From positions 65,017 to 129,016 of the forward strand of contig JAQUQE010000005.1 of assembly GCA_028716225.1 (NCBI GenBank): DNA of 64,000 nucleotides. The letters are read 5' to 3'. Shown here piece by piece: positions 38,758 through 48,203 of the stretch (the stretch's first letter is position 1; each line of letters starts with the position of its first letter). The position numbers were made by a program, and so were the translations under genes. A model generated the notes under the pieces. It saw only the letters and a program-made list of their open reading frames with translations. It was not told where the DNA came from and made no database searches. This DNA is from Dehalococcoidales bacterium. Lineage in GTDB: Bacteria; Chloroflexota; Dehalococcoidia; Dehalococcoidales; UBA5760.

Positions 38758-41226
38758 TCACCAGGCAGGAGTAAGTTTGCCGGTCGTTTCCTGCCAGTAT
38801 GGCAACCAGCAAAGCGCCAGAAGTTGAACTGAGATGTTTGACTTGGTGGGGCGTATTGAGATTTGCTCCAGTCTTTCCGCAAGAGGATCCATTTTCGCTG
38901 CCAGTTGGTCTGTATCGGCTTTGAAATCAGCCTCGAGCTGTTGCAGTCTTTGCTTGATAGACTCAACTGTGTCCTTCGCCCGGCCGATATCCTGAGACGC
39001 TTTCCTGGAGCGGCTTACTCCGCTCATAGCAGACTTAGCTCCGCTCAGCGAACCGGCGCTGAAAACTTTCCTGCCCATGAATCCTCCCAAGAGAGTCGTT
39101 CCAAAGGATAGCGCCGTCTGTATTTTCTGGTGTTTCGCCTGGTCCTTCTCACGCTCAACGGCGGCCTGGGCACGGCGCATCCTCTCCTCCAACGTAGCGA
39201 TTTTACCGGCATACTTTTGCCGCAGTTTTTCAGTAGCTTCGTCCCGTTTTTCTCGGGCATACTGCTGTAACCTTACCCTGAATTCACTCTCGGACTCGTC
39301 AACATTGGAAAACTGTTTGAAACCGGGACTTTTCCACAAATCCAGCTTCTGATTCCGGTAAAGCCAGCCCGAGAATTCCTTCTGCCAGTATTTATAGCTG
39401 TCGGCACTGGTGGCGATTTTCGGTAGATTACCATACCGAGCCGGCTCCCTTGGTGACGGCTCAAAATCATTCACGTCAAGATCACTCTCGACAGCGCTAT
39501 CCCAGTTGACGGCAACAGGGCCTTCAGTAAAGGGGACTCTGTAAACCACGTCCTTGATGAAATTTACCCCGGTTTTTGTATTGCTGAAATGTATCTTACC
39601 GGCTCCGATAAGTTCCGGTTGGTAAAAAAGCCCTTGTCCGGCCGGCTGGCTGCTCCTGAAAGGAACGAAATACTGGTCTATTCTGGGCGGTAGAACTGGT
39701 CGCACTTCTCTGACCCCGGTAGTATCACTACCTACCACTGTTGGTACCGGTTGAGTTAGACCCGAGGTATCCGTATCGGAGACACCCGCCTTAGATGAGG
39801 CAGTGAATAGAGTCCGGATCGGGTCAACGAGCCCCTTGATCTGATTCCGTGTTAGCGGACCGCGCAGGTATGACATTGCCCAACGGGTTTCAAACACCAG
39901 TGGTACGTCGTCATGAACGTTATTCATCAAGAACACCCGGCTACCCAAGCCGGCCAGAGTCTGTTCCATAGCCTGACGGTTCCATTTCATGCCGCTGGTT
40001 GCAGCTACCCCTTCCAGACCTTCCAGTACCCGTGATTTGTCCCGTTCGGTCTGTAGCCTACCGATGAACCAGGTTCCGGTGTTAGATAAACCCTTGTAGT
40101 CGAGATCGACCGGATTCTGGGTGGCCAGTACTATACCTACCCCAAAGGCTCGTGCCTGCTTTAGCAGGGTCAGTAATGGCGTTTTCGATGGCGGATTAGC
40201 TACCGGCGGGAAGAATCCGAAAATCTCGTCCATATAGACGATGGATCTGAGACTGGTAGTACCGGATTGGGTACGCATCCAGCCCAGTATTTGATTGAGT
40301 AGCAGGGAAACGAAAAACATCCGTTCGGCATCATTTAAGTGAGCGATAGAGAAAACTGCGATCTTAGGTTTACCTTCGGGAGTATACAATATTGAATTGA
40401 TGTCTAGAGATTCACCCTCAAGCCAGGTATGAAAACCGGGGGCAGCCAACAGATTGTTCAAGGCTAGTGCCAGCTCAAACCTTTCTTTAGCAGGATAGAA
40501 AGAATCCAGATCCATCACCCCGATCCTGTTAACGGGCGGACTCTGGATCTGTCGGATCAAATCTGCGATATCCATATCACGCCGGTCTTGCCAGGCTCTA
40601 TTCAACAGAGTGGAGATGAGGATATGTTCACGGCTCCTTATCGGGTCGGCTTCAATACCAATAATCCCGAGCAGACTGGTGGCCGTGATACTAATGCGCT
40701 CTCTGAACAATTCCTCGTCCTCGCGAATTGCCTGAGGTGGAGCGGCAAACGACTTCATGATGGATACCGGAATGCCGGCACTGCTGCCCGGGGTATAGAT
40801 CACAGCGCTAATCGACTGACGCAGCCTCCTGATGCGCTCTCCACTCTGTCCCCAGGAAGCAAGACCATTCTTCCATAGGTCAGCCTGTTTTCTGGCATAT
40901 TCTTCATTAGACAGGCCCTTCTTGCGAGCATCTTCCTGATTAACCCAGGGCAGGAAATCCTCGGTTCTTAAGTCCGGAAAGGTCAACAGCAGATTGGTGA
41001 GGTCGCCTTTGGGATCAATGGCTATCGCCGGAATGCCATCCATGCCAGCCTCTTCCAAAAGCGAGATACAGAGACCCGTCTTACCGCTGCCGGTCATGCC
41101 GACACAGACAGCGTGGGTAACCAGGTCCTTGGAATCATAAAGGAACAGCCCGTCCCCGGGCTTCTTTTCTGCCAGATTGTAGGGCCTTCCCAGGTAAAAA
41201 ACGCCTAGCTTTTCATAATCTTCCAT
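38758..41226 (-). CDS. HerA/FtsK-like P-loop ATPase (DUF87-type) with a C-terminal coiled coil
   Basis: Walker A GMTGSGKTG, Walker B SIVYMDEIF, and LATQNPVDLDYKGLSNTGTWFIGRLQT. The C-terminal ~200 aa are Lys/Glu/Gln-rich heptad-like sequence. 822 aa. Confidence 0.75.
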   Translation of the reverse strand: MEDYEKLGVFYLGRPYNLAEKKPGDGLFLYDSKDLVTHAVCVGMTGSGKTGLCISLLEEAGMDGIPAIAIDPKGDLTNLLLTFPDLRTEDFLPWVNQEDARKKGLSNEEYARKQADLWKNGLASWGQSGERIRRLRQSISAVIYTPGSSAGIPVSIMKSFAAPPQAIREDEELFRERISITATSLLGIIGIEADPIRSREHILISTLLNRAWQDRRDMDIADLIRQIQSPPVNRIGVMDLDSFYPAKERFELALALNNLLAAPGFHTWLEGESLDINSILYTPEGKPKIAVFSIAHLNDAERMFFVSLLLNQILGWMRTQSGTTSLRSIVYMDEIFGFFPPVANPPSKTPLLTLLKQARAFGVGIVLATQNPVDLDYKGLSNTGTWFIGRLQTERDKSRVLEGLEGVAATSGMKWNRQAMEQTLAGLGSRVFLMNNVHDDVPLVFETRWAMSYLRGPLTRNQIKGLVDPIRTLFTASSKAGVSDTDTSGLTQPVPTVVGSDTTGVREVRPVLPPRIDQYFVPFRSSQPAGQGLFYQPELIGAGKIHFSNTKTGVNFIKDVVYRVPFTEGPVAVNWDSAVESDLDVNDFEPSPREPARYGNLPKIATSADSYKYWQKEFSGWLYRNQKLDLWKSPGFKQFSNVDESESEFRVRLQQYAREKRDEATEKLRQKYAGKIATLEERMRRAQAAVEREKDQAKHQKIQTALSFGTTLLGGFMGRKVFSAGSLSGAKSAMSGVSRSRKASQDIGRAKDTVESIKQRLQQLEADFKADTDQLAAKMDPLAERLEQISIRPTKSNISVQLLALCWLPYWQETTGKLTPAW

Positions 41227-41525
41227 ACTTTGCCCCCATTGGAAATCATATCCATTCGCCTATGGCCCGGATCCGTAAATGATCCCTAAGCAAACAATAC
41301 GATAAATAGTCTAAGGTTAGACGATGCCTCAGTATAATCCTTTAATTAATTATACTACAATGGTGCTAAACATAATCTTGTAGAGTTTCGGCCTTCGGAA
41401 CCGTAATACGAGGATTGAACCTTCGGCTGATCTATCCTTTGACAACACCTCAAAGCAATGTTAGCATTTTATAGTTTATATTATTAATTATTAACTAAGT
41501 GAACAGTATCATCCGGAGGTGTGAA

Positions 41526-41978
41526 ATGACAGACGGTAGTTTAAATAGCATCTGCGACGATCTATTCTCTACGCTACCTCTTATCGCAAGAATCACCCGG
41601 AAAAAGATCTCCAGGTTACCTGCCGGTTTTCCTGAAGACATTTCACCGCTTCACCATGAGATCCTGAAGACGCTAGAGAAAGAAGGAACGTTGCACATTG
41701 CTGAAATTGCTTCAAGGTTACTGATACCTCGACCGCAGATGACCCATCTGATAGATAAGCTGGCTGACCTGAACCTGGTTGAAAGACAAATGGATTCATC
41801 AGACAGGCGAACAATCAATGTAACGCTCACTGCAAAGGCCAGAATACTATTAGCGGAAATAGATGCAATGGTCAAGGGCAATATCAAAGAAGCATTGTCC
41901 TCTCTCACCAGTGAGGAGATGAAGGAACTGCTGGCTTCGGTAACCAAGTTAAGGGAAATACTCTCCAAACTGGGATAG
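41526..41978 (+). CDS. MarR-family transcriptional regulator
   Basis: ATG at 41526 after GGAGGTG. Winged helix with LHIAEIASRLLIPRPQMTHLIDKLADLNLVERQMDSSDRR. Confidence 0.8.
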   Translation: MTDGSLNSICDDLFSTLPLIARITRKKISRLPAGFPEDISPLHHEILKTLEKEGTLHIAEIASRLLIPRPQMTHLIDKLADLNLVERQMDSSDRRTINVTLTAKARILLAEIDAMVKGNIKEALSSLTSEEMKELLASVTKLREILSKLG

Positions 41979-42047
41979 ACCCCCAAGCCTGTTTTTTCAG
42001 CAGCACCCCCGCGAGAGCATTAATCGGAAAGGACGAAACTTCAAGGC

Positions 42048-43424
42048 GTGGATAGTCAGCAACAGAGTGTACTTAACGACGATAGAGTCGGCAGACTGTT
42101 ATTGAAATTATCCCTCCCCGCGTTCATGGGGTTATTCGTGATGACCCTATATAACGTGGTGGATACTATCTTCATTAGCCGCTACGTCGGCTCGCTCGGA
42201 ATTGCGGGGCTTTCCATTTCCTTCCCGATTCAAATGATGATAATGGGGTTGGGGCAGATGATAGGGATAGGCAGTGCCTCGGTGATTTCCAGAGCACTGG
42301 GAGCTAATGACCCCCGGAAGGCGGAACGCACACTGGGTAACGCCATCAGTCACTCAATAATATCGATTTTAATAGCAGCGGTCGGCCTATCCAATATTGA
42401 CCCCTTGCTTAAGCTCATGGGGGCATCGGAAGCGGTGCTCCTGTACGCCAACGATTATATGTTCATTATTTTTGCCGGTACCACCGTCCAATTTTTTGCC
42501 ATGGTACTAAGCAGTACCATCAGAGCGCAGGGCAATGCCCATGTTCCGATGATGAGCATGACAATAGGAGCTGGGATTAATATCGGCCTTGATGCTTTAT
42601 TCATTATAAGCTTCGGTATGGGGATCAAGGGAGCAGCATTAGCTACTGTAATCGGACAGACAATCTCCACATTATATCTTTTCAGATATTATTTTTCCGG
42701 CAAAAGCAGCCTGAAGATATATCCCGGAAACCTACGCGTCGAAATGAATATCGCCAGGGATATTTTTACCATTGGAATCGCGTCATTTGCACAAATAGCG
42801 GCAACCAGTGTATCCGCTGTCTTCGTAAACAGAGTCCTCGGTACCTACGGTGGTGATATGGCAATATCTGCCTACGGCATCATCAATCGCGTTATCATGT
42901 TCGCCCTGATGCCGGGTATAGTCATCGGGCAGGGACTTCAGCCGATACTGGGATTCAACTATGGAGCCAGGCGCTACGATAGAGTACTGAAATCTATCAA
43001 GATTGCCAGCATCGCCGCTACGATATGCTGCATAGCAGCCTTTATAGTCTTAAATTTCTTTCCCGAGCCGATAATCAAAATATTTACTGCCGACCTCTTG
43101 CTTATTGAGTCGAGTTCGCACGCCACCGGTTACGTATTTCGGGCCGCTTATTTACTCGGCATCACAATGCTCGGCTCCCTGGTCTTCCAATCAATCGGCA
43201 AGGCTAACCAATCAATGGTTACCTCATTGGTACGCCCTTTGTTTTTGATTCCCCTGATATTCATACTGCCGAAGCTCTGGCAGGTGGACGGAGTGTGGCT
43301 ATCGTTCCCCATTTCTGACGCAATTGCGTTCACCTTAACTATGGTACTTCTGATACGTCAGATAAGAGAATTCAAAAGCTCGGATTCACTTAAGGCAGTA
43401 GAAAGTCTACAAGTGGGAAGTTAA
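42048..43424 (+). CDS. MATE-family efflux transporter
   Basis: 458 aa, about 12 TM helices, N-terminal LLKLSLPAFMGLFVMTLYNVVDTIFISRYVG pattern. Downstream of the MarR gene. Confidence 0.88.
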   Translation: MDSQQQSVLNDDRVGRLLLKLSLPAFMGLFVMTLYNVVDTIFISRYVGSLGIAGLSISFPIQMMIMGLGQMIGIGSASVISRALGANDPRKAERTLGNAISHSIISILIAAVGLSNIDPLLKLMGASEAVLLYANDYMFIIFAGTTVQFFAMVLSSTIRAQGNAHVPMMSMTIGAGINIGLDALFIISFGMGIKGAALATVIGQTISTLYLFRYYFSGKSSLKIYPGNLRVEMNIARDIFTIGIASFAQIAATSVSAVFVNRVLGTYGGDMAISAYGIINRVIMFALMPGIVIGQGLQPILGFNYGARRYDRVLKSIKIASIAATICCIAAFIVLNFFPEPIIKIFTADLLLIESSSHATGYVFRAAYLLGITMLGSLVFQSIGKANQSMVTSLVRPLFLIPLIFILPKLWQVDGVWLSFPISDAIAFTLTMVLLIRQIREFKSSDSLKAVESLQVGS

Positions 43425-43431
43425 ATAGAAA

Positions 43432-44697
43432 ATGGCACACAGAAAACCCGTAGAGAGACTCATAACATCTCAAACAACCAGCTACTTACTGGGCAAATAC
43501 AGCCTGATAATAATGCTCACCGGGTTAATCATCGCTGCCTGGAACGGCAAGGTATTAATCGTCGTCCTGCTCGGGCTAATCCTATCGGCAGCCGGTCTGG
43601 CTAAACTGTATAGCTATCTGTCATTGGTCAGGGTTCATTGCCAACATTCACTGGACTGCCAGCGCGTTTTCCCCGGAGAGTGTGTCGAAGTAAACATGCG
43701 TGTCGTAAACTATAAGCCGCTGCCACTACCCTGGCTGAAAGTAGATAGCAAGATACCAGCCGGGCTTACTTCGGAAACTTCCCCGGAGCAGGACGGGACG
43801 CTCAGCAAAGTGATTGCACTTCTCTGGTACGCCCGAGCCAGCTGGCAACACAAGCTGGTCTGCCCGAGACGGGGGTATTACCTCCTGGGGCCGATCAGAA
43901 TTACGTCCGGGGACATCTTCGGCTTCTACCGACGTACCCGCTTGAAGAAGGTGAGCGACTCTATCATTGTCTATCCCCGGATTTTCGCTATCAACGAAAG
44001 GGTAATACCATCCCGGTATCCTTTAGGAGAAAGCAGAGCCGCACAGCACATTTTCCGGGACCCGAGCCGGGTGATCGGGATACGCGACTATACTCCCCAA
44101 GATAGCCCCCGCTATATTCACTGGAAGGCAACCGCCATCCATCAGAAACTACAGGTGAAGGTTTTCGAACCGACGACCAATCCAAAATTAGCCCTGATCC
44201 TTGACCTGGAAAGCTTTGGTTACGACGGAGTCGGTAATGAACGCACCGGTTCACCATCCGGCAAAACCGATGAATTATTTGAAACAGCTCTCAGTACCGC
44301 CGCTTCGCTGGTTAAACATTTTATCGAGCACAAAAGCGCCGTAGGCCTATTTGTCAACACCCGTCTTGCCGACTCGGGCCGACCGGCGGTAATTCCCCCC
44401 GGCAGCGGAACCGGTCATCTGGTAAGCATCCTGGAGGCGTTAGCTAAAGTCACCCCGCTCTCCAGCGGCCTCCTCACCGAACTGATACAAGGCGAGCGAA
44501 AACATCTACCATGGGGCACCACGCTCATCTTCGTACTATCCCAACCAACCGCCTCCGCATCCAGGCTGCTCTCTTCTTCTAACAAAAGAGGGCACAAGTC
44601 AGTTACTATTTTCACGGGCGACCATGATTGGCAAGAGAACGATACGCCAAATCAAAGTGAAGCCGTCGGGGTAACCGCAAAAGAGGAGATCCGATGA
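43432..44697 (+). CDS. DUF58 domain protein
   Basis: Two N-terminal TM helices and GIRDYTPQDSPRYIHWKATA, typical of DUF58. Its stop overlaps the next start (ATGA). Confidence 0.75.
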   Translation: MAHRKPVERLITSQTTSYLLGKYSLIIMLTGLIIAAWNGKVLIVVLLGLILSAAGLAKLYSYLSLVRVHCQHSLDCQRVFPGECVEVNMRVVNYKPLPLPWLKVDSKIPAGLTSETSPEQDGTLSKVIALLWYARASWQHKLVCPRRGYYLLGPIRITSGDIFGFYRRTRLKKVSDSIIVYPRIFAINERVIPSRYPLGESRAAQHIFRDPSRVIGIRDYTPQDSPRYIHWKATAIHQKLQVKVFEPTTNPKLALILDLESFGYDGVGNERTGSPSGKTDELFETALSTAASLVKHFIEHKSAVGLFVNTRLADSGRPAVIPPGSGTGHLVSILEALAKVTPLSSGLLTELIQGERKHLPWGTTLIFVLSQPTASASRLLSSSNKRGHKSVTIFTGDHDWQENDTPNQSEAVGVTAKEEIR

Positions 44698-46082
44698 AAG
44701 CAGGCTGGCCTCGAATTGCGCTATATATCGCCATAATCGGCATGGAGAGTTGCTGGCTCTTTGCCATCCTGTCGCTGGTAAACGGGCTGGTTTTGCAGGG
44801 ACAATTGTCCATTATTGGTCTTTTGGCTCTTTATCCCATCGCCTTCGGTATCAATAAGACAGTCGCGCAGTTCAAGCTAGCCAAGGTCTACCTTAATCTC
44901 ATTAGCTGGTCTATCTGGGCCGGCGCTATGCTGTTACTGGTTAAGCTTCAGATCTACGACAGCCTGTCATTATGGAACCAGAGCTGGCTAAAGGAAATTC
45001 CCGCAGCACTAAAGCAGGCACCATATGACTTTCGGCCCGAGGTCCTGTTGTTTATCGGAAGCATCGTCATCTGGTGGCTCGGTCAGCGGTTGGTCAATCT
45101 CAAGGCCGATTTTCCCAATCTTGTCGTCGAATTCCAGTTCGGCATGCCGGTATTAATCGTCACCTTCATTATCGGCTCATATTTCACAGGCGTACTGGAA
45201 CACGCAGTACTTATTGCGGTTGCCTTTTTTGCCTTCGCTTTATCAGGATTGTCCATCGGCCACGCCCAGCAGACAGACGGTTCGATTTCACAGATATATC
45301 GGGGCCGCTGGTTGGGTATTCTCATTACCGGCATCAGCCTGGTCATTGTGCTAGGCGTACTCAGCGGCTCTACAGTCAACCCTGATTTCTTCGAGCGTAT
45401 CCTTAACACAGCCAAATGGGCCTGGGAGGTTGCGAAAAGAGCATTAATATGGGCGGCCAGTTTGCTACCGACCTCCCCTCCCACGGAAATACCCGCCGCA
45501 GGCGAGATGCCCGGAGAAATCATCCGGGAACCGGCCGGGTCAGGGATATTCGGTATGCCCCAGTGGATAAGAAGCATCGTCAAGTTTGCGCTGTTTATTA
45601 ACATCGCTTTTTGGTGCATCTTTGCCTTATGGCGAGCATCCGGACAGATGCTCAACTGGCTAAACCAGCGGTTGGCCGGTATGGCAGGGATAAAGACGGA
45701 ATCGCTGTCCGGGGCATTTAAGTCCGATGTAACCAGGCTGGTAAAGCGCATCCTGACCAGATTCCTGATCTTCTTATTACAACGTCTGGGGAGAAAAACC
45801 AGGGCCTTGTCACCGGAGCTAGCCTCAATTCAGCAGATTTATCGCCAGATGGTACGCTGGGCAACTGCCAGAGGGTGCCCCCGCTATCCGACGCAGACTG
45901 CGTATGAATACCAGATCAGTCTGGTTAACCTGCTTCCTGATTTCCATGAGGAATTCAGTCTTATTACCAGGCAGTTTGTTGGTGTCCGCTACGGTGGCTT
46001 AACGCCCGGTAAAGACGAGTTACTTAATCTAAAACAAAGCTGGCAAAGAATACGAAAAGTACGACGGGGTCACCCGAGTTAG
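44694..46082 (+). CDS. Polytopic membrane protein with a DUF4129-like C-terminal domain
   Basis: Multiple TM helices. The C-terminal IYRQMVRWATARGCPRYPTQTAYEY...FVGVRYGG pattern is recalled for DUF4129. Confidence 0.6.
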   Translation: MKAGWPRIALYIAIIGMESCWLFAILSLVNGLVLQGQLSIIGLLALYPIAFGINKTVAQFKLAKVYLNLISWSIWAGAMLLLVKLQIYDSLSLWNQSWLKEIPAALKQAPYDFRPEVLLFIGSIVIWWLGQRLVNLKADFPNLVVEFQFGMPVLIVTFIIGSYFTGVLEHAVLIAVAFFAFALSGLSIGHAQQTDGSISQIYRGRWLGILITGISLVIVLGVLSGSTVNPDFFERILNTAKWAWEVAKRALIWAASLLPTSPPTEIPAAGEMPGEIIREPAGSGIFGMPQWIRSIVKFALFINIAFWCIFALWRASGQMLNWLNQRLAGMAGIKTESLSGAFKSDVTRLVKRILTRFLIFLLQRLGRKTRALSPELASIQQIYRQMVRWATARGCPRYPTQTAYEYQISLVNLLPDFHEEFSLITRQFVGVRYGGLTPGKDELLNLKQSWQRIRKVRRGHPS

Positions 46083-46118
46083 TTTAGCACCTATGTTATA
46101 AAGGAGGAACAATTTATT

Positions 46119-47081
46119 ATGGGGGAGTTTGTTCAGCAACTGAACCGGATAGCGACATTCGCCGAGCGATTTATGGAAAATGTCGGTAAGGTAATCGTGG
46201 GGAGGAAGGATGCCGTAGAGCTCATTCTGGTAGCTCTACTTTGCGAGGGACACGTCTTAATTGAGGATGTTCCCGGCACAGGTAAGACGATGCTGGCTAA
46301 AACAACCGCCCGGTCAATCAACTGTAATTTCCAGAGAATTCAGTGCACCCCCGACCTACTCCCATCGGATATCACAGGTATTCATTACTTCAGCCAGAAG
46401 ACATCCGAGTTCGAATTTCGCCCCGGGCCGATAATGGCTAACATCGTACTGGCCGACGAGATAAACCGGGCTACACCCCGCACTCAGTCAAGCCTCCTGG
46501 AATGTATGCAGGAGCAGCAGGTTACCGTCGACCTCGAAACAATACCGCTACCGCGTCCTTTCCTGCTGATTGCCACCCAAAATCCCGTAGAACTGGAAGG
46601 AACTTTCCCTCTGCCTGAAGCACAACTGGACAGGTTCCTGATGAAAATCACCATGGGATATCCCGGCGAAGACGAGGAGGACACCATTCTAAGACGGTTT
46701 CATCAGGAGAATCCCCTGGCGAGTCTTTCCAGTGTTATCGAGGCCGAAGAATTGCTGGTATTACAGAAACTGTCTCGCCAGGCATATGTGGAAGAATCGG
46801 TACGGAGATATCTCCTCGCTATTATCAGGGCCACCCGCGAACATAAGAGTATTGAACTGGGGGCCAGCCCGAGAGCTTCGCTGAGCCTCGATCTGGCTTC
46901 CAGAGTGCTGGCCGCCGTGAGGGGTCGTAGCTACGTTATCCCGGATGACGTCAAGTATCTCGCTCCCCCTATCCTGGGACATCGCCTGATCGCGAAACCC
47001 GAAGCCAAGCTACGAAAACACTCGACGGAAGCCGTGCTGGAAGAGATCCTCGCGCAGATACCCGTTCCTGTCGAGCAATAG
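46119..47081 (+). CDS. MoxR-family AAA+ ATPase
   Basis: Walker A EDVPGTGKT, Walker B LADEINRA, and ATQNP..EGTFPLPEAQLDRF. Confidence 0.9.
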   Translation: MGEFVQQLNRIATFAERFMENVGKVIVGRKDAVELILVALLCEGHVLIEDVPGTGKTMLAKTTARSINCNFQRIQCTPDLLPSDITGIHYFSQKTSEFEFRPGPIMANIVLADEINRATPRTQSSLLECMQEQQVTVDLETIPLPRPFLLIATQNPVELEGTFPLPEAQLDRFLMKITMGYPGEDEEDTILRRFHQENPLASLSSVIEAEELLVLQKLSRQAYVEESVRRYLLAIIRATREHKSIELGASPRASLSLDLASRVLAAVRGRSYVIPDDVKYLAPPILGHRLIAKPEAKLRKHSTEAVLEEILAQIPVPVEQ

Positions 47082-47117
47082 ATGATAAACGGCGGGAAGT
47101 AACTGTTAATCTTTCTC

Positions 47118-47155
47118 CTCAAGGGTCCCCCTTCCCGGGAAGGGGGACCCTTGAG
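47118..47155. terminator. 38-nt GC-rich perfect hairpin (bidirectional terminator candidate)
   Basis: CTCAAGGGTCCCCCTTCC-CG-GGAAGGGGGACCCTTGAG between the convergent MoxR and MerR-like genes. Confidence 0.55.
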
Positions 47156-47173
47156 TCAGGACAAGCCACCGGG

Positions 47174-47989
47174 TTAGACCTTTTTGACGGGCTGCTGGAG
47201 TTCGGTCAAGTAGTCGACCGGATCCTGGGTATCGTTGGGACCGGTGAGATAGACCTCGCGGTCCGGCCCGGCCAGCTCGTAGCCGTTAGCCTCGCACCAG
47301 GCCATCATCGCCTGGTAGGCCTCATGGAGTTTCTCGTATGGGCCGCGGTGAATCATCGAGGCCACCTTAGCCTCGGCGGGAAGGTCACGCACCTTAATGG
47401 GATCGGGCAACGGTATGGTGGTGCTGATAGGAATAGCCACTTCTATATCGACATCCTTCTCACGGTATTCCATATCATGGTAGATGGCCAGCGGCGGTCC
47501 GGTGATGATTGACATATGCTTTTCAAAAACGGGGCATATCTTATCCCAGAGTATAGGAATATCGCCGTACGTGGGCACGGTGCCCCTGACCGAGGCAACC
47601 TTCATCGAAGGCAGTTCTTTGATTACCACCTGGTATTCCGGCATTTTACCCTCCTTTTCAATTTGATTAAGCAACTTCTCCACCTGCTCCAGCCGCCGCT
47701 GCTCCTCGCTCAAGCGTTGCTGCAGCTCCGCCTTCTTCAGGATAAAGAGGTCTCGCATCTGCCGGGGCGTCAGACTGTTGTTGATAAGCGTGCCTACCTC
47801 ATCCAACGAGAGCCCCAGGTTTTTCAGGGAAACGATGTAGTTTAGCCGGGGCAGCTGATCCGCCGAGTAATAGCGATAGCCGGTGAAGCGGTCCACCTTA
47901 ACCGGTTTCAGCAAACCGATTTCATCGTAATAATGCAGGGTCTTCACCGTAACGAAGCTCAGGCGTGAGAAATCACCGATCTTGAACAT
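47174..47989 (-). CDS. MerR-family regulator with a GyrI-like effector-binding domain (BmrR-like)
   Basis: N-terminal HTH FKIGDFSRLSFVTVKTLHYYDEIGLL, a coiled-coil linker, and a C-terminal GyrI-like domain. Confidence 0.85.
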   Translation of the reverse strand: MFKIGDFSRLSFVTVKTLHYYDEIGLLKPVKVDRFTGYRYYSADQLPRLNYIVSLKNLGLSLDEVGTLINNSLTPRQMRDLFILKKAELQQRLSEEQRRLEQVEKLLNQIEKEGKMPEYQVVIKELPSMKVASVRGTVPTYGDIPILWDKICPVFEKHMSIITGPPLAIYHDMEYREKDVDIEVAIPISTTIPLPDPIKVRDLPAEAKVASMIHRGPYEKLHEAYQAMMAWCEANGYELAGPDREVYLTGPNDTQDPVDYLTELQQPVKKV

Positions 47990-48027
47990 GACACCCCTTT
48001 CTCCCTATTTTGAAGATCTTCGATAGC

Positions 48028-48058
48028 AGTATAAAACCTCCGGTTAGCGGAGAGTCAA
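48028..48058 (-). promoter_or_regulatory. MerR-type promoter (19-nt spacer with dyad)
   Basis: Minus strand reads TTGACT (48058-48053), a 19-nt spacer CTCCGCTAACCGGAGGTTT containing the dyad CTCCG-N5-CGGAG, then TATACT (48033-48028). Lies about 40 nt upstream of the MerR-like gene start. Confidence 0.45.
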
Positions 48059-48203
48059 GAGGTAGCTTAAATCATGTTCCTAGTGAGCATAACTCGAAAA
48101 AACTGCAGGCAAAAAATTGAAAACACCGGTTCGTGCAAAGAGGTAACCGGGTAGTCAACACTCCCGATAACATGCTATATTAGAAACCCGAAAGGATTCT
48201 AAT

